DNA of 64,000 nucleotides. It comes from Adineta vaga. Taxonomy: Eukaryota > Animalia > Rotifera. The position numbers and the translations under genes are program-made. The notes under the pieces are model-generated. The model saw only the letters and a program-made list of their open reading frames with translations, searched no databases and had not been told where the DNA came from. The stretch lies in contig CP075497.1 in NCBI GenBank assembly GCA_021613535.1, positions 2,914,001-2,978,000 of the forward strand, in the 5' to 3' direction. Of the stretch, positions 53,527-64,000 are shown in pieces; the stretch's first letter is position 1, and every line of letters begins with the position of its first letter.

Positions 53527-54768
53527 TGAACAGTTTTTATTTCTATTCAAATCTCGTTCATTTATTATATCTAGGTTATTATTATTATTATCATATGCTT
53601 ATAAAATCATTTATCCTTTTCGGAAAGATTTTTCGTGATATTTTCTTATCTTTCATGAGATTCTTTGAAACTAATCTCTAGGAATACTCCTATGAAATGA
53701 TGATTTTCTTTTTTCCTTCTGTTTTTTTTCTTCTCTCTTGTTATTTGAGCATTTATGCCAATATTGAATTAATTGATTGTTAAATGATCAGAGGATTTTT
53801 TGTATGTAAATACGATGGGAAAAGAAAGGAATATATAAATATATATCTATACTCATATTTAGTGTTTTCTTTTCTTTTGCGACAATGATTTTCATGAGGT
53901 TTGCGTGTTAAGAATAATTATTTGTTATCATAAAAACGATGTTCGTTTCTTGGGGAGTAGACTGTCTTAAGGGAATCTCTTATATATATTCAAGAAGAAA
54001 AATAGAATTTGTGATTTTTCTGTAGTCTAATTAGCTGTTGAGATGGAAAGAAATGAGAAACTCGAACATTCCTAGGTTATCTGAAAGGTTAATTGCTTGT
54101 CGATATTATTTATTTCTCTTTTTCAGATTATTTACATGCTTGATTAAACAAATAATATAAACATGATTATGATACTTTTTCTTTCGCATTGGCAAGTTTT
54201 TTAATGAGAGTAAAGTTGATAGCGAACGAAAGAATAATCATGATCAATTGCTATCAAGAATTACTTGTTCATATTTGTCGATTCATGTAAGCGTGAAAAG
54301 ATTATCCCTAACGGCGTTGTCAATGACGAGACATAAGCAAGAAAGAAAAAGAAAAGAAAAGAAAAGCAAGACGAGAAGAAGAAGAAAACTAAGCTGGATG
54401 TTTGGAAAATGAGCTTACTGTTCGTTTGTTACACTTCCTCTTGAAGAAAAAAGAAAGAAAGAAAAAATGATCACCTTTCTTCCTCTTCTGTCTTGAAATA
54501 AAAAACCCGAGGAAGGAAAAGAAGAAGATGAAGAGAAAAAACGCACAGAAACCTGTGAATGTTCACTAGTTACACACTGGAAAAAAAAGATGTGTAAGAT
54601 TCTTTTTATTCTCTACTATTTTGAAAGTGTTTTTTAGATAGAAAAAAAAACTTTTTTTCCTCTCTTTATATTAGTCAATCTCTTATAAATTGTAAGTAGG
54701 TAAGTAAAATATACGTGTATGTATGTATGTTATTGGAATAATTTCATTATTTATTTAGTAAAGCAAAT

Positions 54769-54972
54769 ATGTCAACACTTGCTAATAAACAAAAATTAGT
54801 TGAACAATTACGAGCTGAAGCGAATATTGAACGTGTTAAAGTGTCTGTTGTATGCAAAGATTTAATTAAATTTTGTCAAGATCATGAAAGTGGTGATGTT
54901 TTGGTTCGTGGTTGGGCTGGTTTTGCTAAAGAAAATCCGTTCAAAGAAAAACAAGGTTGTGTTACTTTATGA
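54769..54972 (+). CDS. GNG: Heterotrimeric G-protein gamma subunit
   Basis: KLVEQLRAEANIERVKVS...D.L...ENPFKEK with C-terminal CAAX (CVTL). Confidence 0.97.
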   Translation: MSTLANKQKLVEQLRAEANIERVKVSVVCKDLIKFCQDHESGDVLVRGWAGFAKENPFKEKQGCVTL

Positions 54973-55265
54973 CTAAGATATATTGTGCTATTTATCTACA
55001 TAGTCAAGTATATACTTGGCATGTTAACTCGTTATTTGCATCGTAATTGGTATTGAACAAAACAATTTGGAATTCTTTCTTTTCTAGCGTGTGTGCAATC
55101 TCGAAATATACGTTTCATTTCAGCTCTTATCGTTTTCTATCATCTTTTCTATGTTGTGGAGTGTTAATCTTCTTATTCTTCTTCGTTTGTTGCTTCTTGT
55201 CTTCTTTTTGATGTTATAATTAATAATATTAATAAGAAAAACAAATAATCAAAATGAAAACCGAT

Positions 55266-56290
55266 TTATCTTCGTCGTTTTAATCGTTCATGCAATAAAG
55301 TAACGACTTCTTTTCGAGCTTGATAATGAAAACGAATGGATGAAGTATTCAATTTCCTAAAAGTGACATAAAAAGAAATTATAATTCAAAAGAAACATAA
55401 TGAATCTTTAGAAAACTTTACCATCCATGATCTTTATGTACAGCTGTATACGATTCATTAGTTCTATTAACACGTTCTGTATCAGATGGATCGATCATAT
55501 AAAGATAATCTATTCCAAAATTATCGAACATTCCTTCGATCGAAACACGTCGTGGTTCGAAATCTGCAGAAGTAGGGAAAGTCCATTCAATTTCAAGATA
55601 ATCAACTAATGCAAGACTTCGATCAGCAATCATTTTCTCTAGAATGGCTATTTCAGCTCCGTCAACAGTAAATTTAATGTAAAGATAGTTTTCTGGTTTA
55701 AAATTTTTCAATAACCATTGAGAGAAATCAATAGCATGAACATAAGATGTAGAATTTTGATCAATTCTGGACTTTTGTCCTCTCTCAATTGCATATTGAA
55801 CTCTATCATTCTTTGTCCATGCAGCTAGATTGTGAATAGTTTTAGGTATCGATGTTGATTGTTCTTGTTTAGATTTACATGCGGCATAATTGATTGGATC
55901 AGGTTCAAATGCAATAATCGTAAGATTTCTTGTTTGTAAGATTTGTTCTTCTGAATGAAAATGAATAAACTGTTCAATATCTCGTCCATCGAAACATCCT
56001 AAATCAATGTAATAAAATTGATCATTTGTCTGAGTCTTGTTTATTTGAAGATAACGTTCATAATCATAGTAGAACGTTTTTTCTGAACCAGATATTTCTT
56101 TCATTGAATTACTTTTTTTCATATATGTGAAGATTAGTTGATCTTCATGACGAAAGAAATTGATTGCACTTAAAACATAAATAAATATTCCTAGAGTTAA
56201 AAGAACATTCAATAAGAACGATCTTGAAGATGAGAATGATAAAATATACGATGATCTTTTTGTTGGTAAATGATTATATTGCCTATACAT
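55266..56290 (-). CDS. Type II membrane FkbM-like SAM-dependent methyltransferase (2 exons)
   Basis: N-terminal TM, YIDLGCFDG, IAFEPDP, DFSQWL, IKFTVDGAE; a short last exon ends at 55266. Confidence 0.8.
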
Positions 56291-57254
56291 TGGAACGAAA
56301 AATCTTATGATACTATATAGGAATAACGAAGAATTGAATTAAAAACATTCGTTTTGTGCCATACCTTTGTTAACTCAATGAAAAAAAGAGAAAGAGAGAC
56401 AAATGAAATGACGAATATACACTCGGATTATCTATATAAACATCAATTATTTTCCAGTCGCACCACCGAGCAAGAACAATTAGCGAAATATGCTATGATT
56501 TTGATTGTTTGTCAGGTTATTTAATAGGGAGTTGATGATGCAAAGCGAGATGGAAAATAATCAAGAGACATTTCTACCGAGATAGTAGGAACATACCTTT
56601 TTCTACCTATTGAAAACCAATCGATTACAGAGAAAAATAATTATTTCCTGAAAAAAACCTAGTCGTTATTACTAATTTTCTCTTGATAAATAGTCCATGA
56701 GTAATAAACAAAAAACGAGTATCGAACAGTTAACGTTTTGTCTTCTTATATCAATCAAATATCTTTTGCATTACAATGAATCATTAGATACATATATGAA
56801 ACTACATACATGTAGTACTTTTTTCGTTTTCTACACGACTGATTTACATGAGTTAACATATATATAAAGGTACTGCTACCGTACAAACAACTTTGATATG
56901 TTTTCTCTTATGAGATGTCTGTACAGATATGGTCTGATTTTTAAAACAAAACGATGAAGAAATCTAGCAATAATTATCTTGAAAGATACTTTATTACAAT
57001 GGAAATTAAAGACAAATAGAAAGGGTAATGAACAATTCTATTCTCTTCATCACTTCCACTTGTATATAACGACGCTTTTCCGTCTTGTTTTTTCTTTCAT
57101 TCGACTCAGCTATTGATTTTGTGTTCTCACTATATTTATCTTCATTTAGGGGCGTTTGTATTTCCGTTTTTACCTCTGATGGTGCAGATGACGTTTCGGT
57201 TTAATCCTGTTCTATGGTTGACTCATTGATGTTTTTCTCAACATCGGACGTACG

Positions 57255-57530
57255 TACACTCTAACAAAAAAGGGTTTATACCAAACCTATAAAGGATCTG
57301 ACCGCGGGTACACGCTCCGAACCTCACTTCGTTTCGCGAGATGAAGGTTTCGTATGAAACTTTTATCTAAATTCTGACAAAAATGGTTTCGTACACAAGG
57401 TTCAGTACGAAACTTTTACCGGAAAAAATATGAAAGGTTTTGAAGTGATAGTTCAGTATCGAACCTTTCTAGGAAAAATTTAAAAAGGTTCGGTACAAAT
57501 GGTTTTGTACAATACTCCTTTTAACAATGT
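57255..57530. mobile_element. Non-autonomous DNA transposon (MITE-like) relic
   Basis: Starts tacactctaacaaaaaagggt and ends actccttttaacaatgt (degenerate TIR); repeated internal aggtt(t)c.gtac / gaa(a)cc/ct subterminal motifs in both orientations. Confidence 0.6.
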
Positions 57531-57556
57531 CGAAATAAACTATTCGTTGAGATGGG

Positions 57557-57606
57557 TGGGTGTGGGTGTGGGTACTACATCTATCTAGCACCCACAACCA
57601 CACCCA
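57557..57606. repeat. TGTGGG-based hairpin (21-nt arms, 19/21 complementary)
   Basis: tgggtgtgggtgtgggtacta ... tagcacccacaaccacaccca. Confidence 0.85.
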
Positions 57607-57640
57607 AATTGTGTATTAACTCTTGTTATTTTCCTTCAAA

Positions 57641-58458
57641 ATGAATATCGTCGATCACCATGTACAATTTATATAATAACAAAAACCATCTATGATATCA
57701 TTGGATTATTTATTATAGTATTTACTTGTTCATATACAGCTTTTACAGGTATAGATTTAAGTCAAGCAAATGAAATTTGTTGTAAAATGCGAATAAGTTT
57801 ATTATATGTTACTGTATTTGGTTCACTTGGTTGTATATGTTTAACAGGATTTGATCGATGGGTGTCAACATCTCGTAGTGTTAGAAGACGAAATTTAAGT
57901 TCAAAATGTAATACATTTTATGCTATTTTGATTTTATTTATCATTTCAATTCTATGTGATGGTATGCTAATGTTTATTACCGCAAGATTAACAGAACAAC
58001 CACGATCTTGTGGATTTATAAAACCTTCTTATGCTGATTATGGAAGTTTTTTCTTTTTTCCAGTCATCTTTGGAATATCACCTGTGATTATACCATTGCT
58101 ATTTGTTATATTAAATTATAAAAATGTTTGTACAGTACAAACTCGTTTAAATCGTTTTGAAAAACAATTTACTCGAATGATTATATTACAATTAATTGCT
58201 TTAATATTAGCATCTATTCCATATGCAATCTATTATCTTTATATGGGATTTACACGACGTTTAATTAAAGATTCATTACGTCTTGCACAAGAAAATATAG
58301 CATCAATTATTGTTCGACATTTATTTTGTATGAATTAAACATATAGTTTCTATATATTTGTTTTATCATTAAGTGAAGTATGCAAAACATTACAAAGAAT
58401 AATTTTATGTATTGTTTGTCGACCAGATGAAATTCAAATAACAACAAGATCAGTTTAA
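57641..58458 (+). pseudogene. 7TM receptor pseudogene
   Basis: CCKMR and GFDRW GPCR motifs; TM1 is missing and the TM2 region is disrupted; in-frame TAA at 58336 within TM7, with GPCR-like sequence continuing after it. Confidence 0.8.
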
Positions 58459-59131
58459 AATGGCAATTGATAAATTGATCCACTCATCAATAAATAAAAG
58501 TGTTGGTAGTGACAAAGTCATTTACAGTTATATTCAAGTTGTCAACGAAGTAATTAAAGAAAACGAACAATGAAGTTGTTGTTTTTTTTTATAAAGAAGT
58601 AAAGATATTGTCTTATCTAATTTGTCTCCCTGTTAGATACTTCTTTCTCATATATTACTTGTATTTTTTCAGTCTTTTAAGAATATAATCAACATTCTCG
58701 TTTACAAAGCTGAGAAAGATCTTCAACTTTTCATATAAAATTCTTTTAATTATTAAGTCTATACAAGTTTAAAGATAATAAATTCTGTTATCTTGGTTCA
58801 AAAATACCATTAAAAGAAAAAGTTTTGTAATACTTTTATTATTTCAACTTTTTCAATTTTGAGAAAAAACTGTCGGGAATATCTATTGTATTTTTGCATT
58901 TCACGTATTTATCTGTCGGAAAAGATCGATGATATTCATGTTGAAAATATGTTTTTATAAATTCTTTGTGAAAGTTATATCGTTTTGTGAAGAAAAGACT
59001 GTTGTCAAACCAGTCATTATACATTCGTATATGTATATATGTATGCACATGTGTATATGTATCCTTCTTCTTTTCTTTTCTATTACTATACATACAACGG
59101 TTAAACTATCGAAAGATATACAAAGGAAAAA

Positions 59132-60987
59132 ATGACGTCTAATCCAATAAATGACATTGAAATGAATTTTTATGGTACTGCAACTGATGCTTTAGCAACA
59201 TTAGGTGTAGGACCATGTGTCGGTTTTGTTGTTTTATTGGATCAAGGTCAACTTATTTTTATCGAACATCGAGGTCCTGACCGTTGTCCATCTAAAATGA
59301 ATTTGGACAATGTTCGTATGTGTTTAGAAGAAGTTGCCAGCCATGTCACTACGGCATTATCATCGTCAATCATAACGTAAGTTCATTAAATATAATATCT
59401 AAAAAATAAAATGCTAATCATCAGTTCATTTAAATTGCTTTCTTCACATACTTTTAACTTTATTTTATACGCAAATTTTGTTTTTCTTACAAATTATACA
59501 GAATATCAAATAAATGATTATTAATTGGTTTGAAACTTTGAATTTCTTGAAATTTGATAAAAAGACCGGAGTTTTTAATATAAACTTTCATAAATATTCT
59601 AATTTAAATCCTCTCCAAATGATTTAGAAAAAACGATTCTTTAGCAAAAACGACAACGAAGTGTTCTCTCTTTCATTCTTTGTCTTTTCAATACGTATAC
59701 ATGCGTACATATATATATGTACGCATGTATACGTATTGAAAAGACAAAGAATGAAAGAGAGAACACTTCGTTGTCGTTTTTGCTAAAGAATCGTTTTTTC
59801 TAAATCATTTGGAGAGGATTTAAATTAGAATATTTATGAAAGTTTATATTAAAAATTTCGGTTTTAATTGATTCTCTTATTTATAGAAATGTTTGGATAT
59901 TTGGTGGAGTGAGTGATAATAAAATGGATTACGAGGGTTTTCAAGAAAACATCGAAAAAATCATTAAATCATCTCCTGATAATGCTTTTTTTAAACATAT
60001 AAAACACAGTGATGTTTGTTTTAATTTTGGAGCTGAAAATCCAGAGAACGGTGAAGCTTACATTGACTTGATTGTGGATGTAAATTTGAAACAAAACCAT
60101 ACTATCATTTATGTTGTTCAAACTGTGAAAAAATTTCTAGAATCAGATGCAACAACTATTAGAGTTCTGGCAATTGATATTAATAAGAGCAAATGTTACT
60201 TCATGGTTGATATTTCGAATATAGAAAATAATCAAAGTAAAGTCAAATAATTTGATTTAATCGTTTCAAAATAATAATAATGCGATGGATGAATTGAGAA
60301 TTCGTAATATCAGCCTTAATATTAGTATAGAAAGAATAATATCTTGAAATAGTTCATACTATTCAACCTTTTTTAGACAAAACAGTGGACGAAATTATGT
60401 TTATTAACGAAAGTACTTTACGCTTTCGTTCACGTGTTGATCTTCTTAACGCTGAAGAATTAAAAGATGATATGGCAACACAATTATTCAACTCTGCAAA
60501 AGAATTGTTAAGCAAAGCACTAGTTGATGAAAAGCATCAAACAAGTATAATAACCAAGGTAAATTTCTCCTATCCTTAAGTTATTGATTGAATTTACTAA
60601 TAGACTAAATCTTGTATCTTTAAATATCTCTTTCCTTACACATGTAAATATGCATGAAGAAGCAGAAGACTTATTTTTACATTTCTCAATAATCACAACT
60701 ATACTTATTTATCTATTGAAAGAGCAAATTACTTCAATTACTCTACTCATAGTTTCTTTTCTAATCATATAATAGATTACCAACTAAAATTAATCAAAAT
60801 AATCAGTTAATATAATCGAACAAGATACTAATCGAATCAATACGAGATTTGATTTGCTCAGAATCTATTTTTTGCCAGACCTATATACTTAACCATTATC
60901 ATGTCATAATTGTTTTCCAATATTATTTTGTAGGATGATGAAAATGACGATAAAGATACATTTGATTCAAATTTTGTTATGCATTGA
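59132..60987 (+). CDS. CheD/CNF1/YfiH-superfamily-like cysteine deamidase (exons 59132-59376, 59887-60236, 60377-60558, 60934-60987)
   Basis: IEMNFYG...LATLGVGPCVGFVVLLD...IEH and VWIFGG; all three introns are GT-AG and phase-consistent, with no stops in the spliced frame. Confidence 0.7.
59572..59855. repeat. Perfect spacerless 284-bp palindrome in intron 1 of the CheD-like gene
   Basis: The arms read as exact reverse complements about the centre 59713/59714 (gtac-atatatatat-gtac); imperfect pairing extends about 10 nt further. Confidence 0.97.
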
Positions 60988-61542
60988 TCAATTTTCAAGT
61001 ATTAAGAAGAAAAAAAAACGATCATTGTTATATAATCGATATCGATTAAAATAAAAAGAAAGAATTATTTCATTTTCAAAAATGATTTGAAAAAACATTT
61101 CATTTGACACTCAAAAAACTCCTTTTTCTCAAATTGCTAACGTTGATATTGTTCGAGACGATCAGACATAAACTGGTTTGTTTGAGTAGATTGCGTCGTT
61201 CTAAATCATAGTTAAACTTTAAAAGACACACGACATAAGAAAATTTCCAAAGAATATTCTTTGAAAGAAAGAATAATTACTTCTTTTGTTATACAAAGTG
61301 CCACATATTCATTTTAAAATGTGTCAAATACAAAACGTTGTCACTCAATGTACGAAGCATCAGAAGAAAAAAACCATCAAGTTTTGTATAAAAATCATAG
61401 ATATATAAAAAATTTATTTATTTCATCTGATCTCTTTTTACAATAAGAATAACCTAATTTCGAGTAAATAACAAAAAGGAAAAACCAAATAATGTTTATA
61501 ACAACAAAAAAGACTTTATTTTTTCAATGCATGTTCAGCATG

Positions 61543-62567
61543 TCATAATGCTCGTTTATAATAAAATTCTAATGCGTTGATTCCTGGAAATAATTCATTT
61601 TGGTGTTGATATTGTCGATAAATAAAGGTAAAATCTTCACAAGCACATAAAATTATCTCATCAATAATTAAATGAAATACTTCTTGTTCGTTTTGTGATG
61701 AAACTTTGGCAAACACCACCTGAGATTTGTTTCATATATTCACCAATAAATGTTTTCATTCCATCGATATCAGTGATAATGATGTACAAAGTATTGATAA
61801 ACAAACAGCAAGATCTCTCCATAATGTACCATAATCGAGATTTTCATTTGTTGATGACCAAACGATTTTTGATGGACGAAGATTTCGATGAATAAGATAA
61901 TTTCGATTTGAATGACTTTTTTCTTGTTTTGATAATAATTCTTCTAATAATCGTTTCAGCAATGGATAACATCCCAGATAATATTCATCCACCAAATCAA
62001 TTCTTTCTTTTCAAGCTTCATTGATCATATCCTAAATCAAAAGATAAATATCATTCACTTCTTTTCTCTCCTTTAACTTACAATGAATTGTTTGAATTCT
62101 TTGAGAAGATGTTCACGAGTTGTTGATTTTTTATTTGTTGATAAAGTTGAAGAATTTGTAATGAGAAATTGATGATATTTAGACATAAGTTTCGCTAATA
62201 AACTCAGTTGTTTTTCATCAAACAGATGTTCACATGAATCACAGTCATTATAAACTTTGCCTTGAATATATTCATATAGCCAATATTTTCCATTGACATG
62301 TCTTTCGTTTTTGATTGTTAAGATAGGTAGAGGAACACGATATTCCTCATTGCAATATTGATTTAGATTGACAAGGTATTTGAGTTCGAGATCTAAATTA
62401 TTTGTTTGTGATGATTTAAGTACATAAGATAATTGGTCTGAACATTTGATTAACCAATTATGTCGAGATAATTTGGTGAGAGTAATGGATGTTGATGGAT
62501 CGATGGATGAAAATATATGTGGCCAATGTAGTGAAAGAAGATTTTCAATATCTTCAACGTTTTCCAT
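61543..62567 (-). pseudogene. Aminoglycoside phosphotransferase / type II homoserine kinase-like pseudogene
   Basis: YVLK, ELKYL, VPLPI, LYEYIQG and LAKLMSKYH motifs; catalytic HxD degenerated to HRNLRPSK; in-frame TGA just after the intron and further frameshifts. Confidence 0.75.
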
Positions 62568-62619
62568 TCTAATCTAGTTTGACATCTAAAATAAAGTTTC
62601 AACCTTTTTTAAAATCAGA

Positions 62620-63600
62620 TCAAAGGAGAAAACAAAACTTCTTAAAATAGTTCAAATAACTTTCGAGATCTATTTTTCTTTCTTTAAACAAATTTAATTC
62701 CTTGAGCAAGTGGAAGTTGTTTCGAATAGTTGATTGTACGAAAGAAAGAGAACGAACAGTTGAAGCCATTCTACGAGTACTCAAGTTGGAATTGAAATGT
62801 TTATGTTGAATTACACAATGAGATAAAAGAGAATTAATCATAATCAATAATCTTCAATAAGTATTTGTACTTAATTTGTAATATGACTATACTTCGTTTT
62901 CTCTTGTTTAAATAAGTATTGATTAATTTTCTTAATGAATCTTGTTGGTTTCAAAAATATTTCTAATGAATTTCAATTAGTTCTATAACAATTTTTCTAT
63001 TAATTTCTTGAGAAATATTTTGTTTTATATGATTGATACGATCGTATATAACTGACATCTACATGTATATAGTACAAAGTCTTTGTGATTTATCTTTGAA
63101 AATTTGTGATAAAATTCAGAAAAATAATGTTTAATAAGTTTATAAGCATCCTGAATATTCTACCATTATAGGATAAACTGCTTTTCTACATCTCTTTTCT
63201 AATTGAAAATTGACATAGAACTTTATAAAAATGTTGATATCAGAATTTCTATCAGAACTATTCTTTTCGGTTTCGTCTAATTCGAAATTTGCATATTATC
63301 AATGCTGTCATGATACTCTTTATTGACGAACTTACCATTCTAAAAAATGATAGAAAATCGTCTTGTTATCCATTAAATCAATCGTCTGATAAAACAAACT
63401 TCGAAATTAAGGAGATCTTTTCTTCCTTTCGTTGAACCCATTTTGATATCTTTTTTATAAGTTAACATAATAAATATCAACTGATCGAGTTATCATTAAT
63501 TCTATCGAATCATATTTGACGACAAAATCAAATTAGCAAATGTGAAACATATTTATATATCGTCCATTTTTCAAATGATACAATATTTTAAGGTAATTGT
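62620..63600 (-). pseudogene. Highly decayed coding relic of unknown family
   Basis: Protein-like helical stretches (YDRINHIKQNISQEINRKIVIELIEIH, QDDFLSFLEW) broken by stops. Confidence 0.35.
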
Positions 63601-64000
63601 AACAATAAAAGTAGTACATATGAGAGCTTCATCAGGCAAGGCTCTCGATTGTTTTTGAGCGTGGGAGGGGGAGCAAATATTTTTTGGGAGATAGTGGGGG
63701 CGCGAAAGGATATAAGCAGAGGGGGCATTCTGAAAAATATCCTTACATTCATAATAAAGATAGACTTTTTATCGCTTGATCATTTAAAGTAAACAGATTT
63801 TTTTCATATTCTCTAATTCGAATATGATACAAGATTAGTCTACAAAAACTAAACAATTATTCTATTCTTTAAACAATAAGAAGTGTCTAGAATTTTTCTT
63901 CATCTTTTTTTTTCGAATAAATATGTCTAATCTTTTCATGAATGAACATATAGCGTGTCGTTATGGACGTCGAATAACCAACATGATTGGCCAAACTTTG

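Noticed and set aside
57330-57515. CRISPR-like spaced repeats
   Set aside because: The repeats are degenerate, irregularly spaced and in both orientations in a eukaryotic context; they fit transposon subterminal repeats.
59572-59855. Palindrome as a simple amplification fold-back chimera
   Set aside because: The flanking exons continue in the same orientation and phase. An artefact is not fully excluded without native reads.
61543-62030. In-frame TGA codons as possible Sec/Trp recoding
   Set aside because: They come with frameshifts and loss of the catalytic Asp, and intact genes in the window use TGA as a normal stop.

Overview
This is AT-rich eukaryotic genomic DNA with many short (about 50-60 nt) GT-AG introns, intronless 7TM receptors, an ART-domain relic and TGTGGG-type repeats. 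That combination is most consistent with a bdelloid rotifer (inference from gene style; species not determinable). I reconstructed about 25 genes and pseudogenes by hand-splicing. Conserved core genes include an SLC6 transporter, ATRIP, ORMDL, Musashi, a histidine acid phosphatase, PACS, FCHo, AKAP14, TBC1D22 and G-gamma. There are two accessory/decaying zones, at about 32.5-34 kb and 57-64 kb. Highlights: (1) a spliced gene with the CheD-type Thr-Cys-His deamidase motif, carrying a perfect spacerless 284-bp palindrome in intron 1; (2) a membrane MMP-like gene filling almost a whole PACS intron on the opposite strand; (3) a Musashi locus with two nested antisense 2-TM genes and candidate internal first exons giving RRM2-only isoforms; (4) a candidate disulfide-cyclised neuropeptide; (5) a secreted Ly6 + ShK-like + Arg-rich protein; (6) an LDH-fold probable pseudoenzyme. 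No rRNA, tRNA or CRISPR array was recognised. All family calls come from remembered motifs, not database searches, and exon boundaries are manual.
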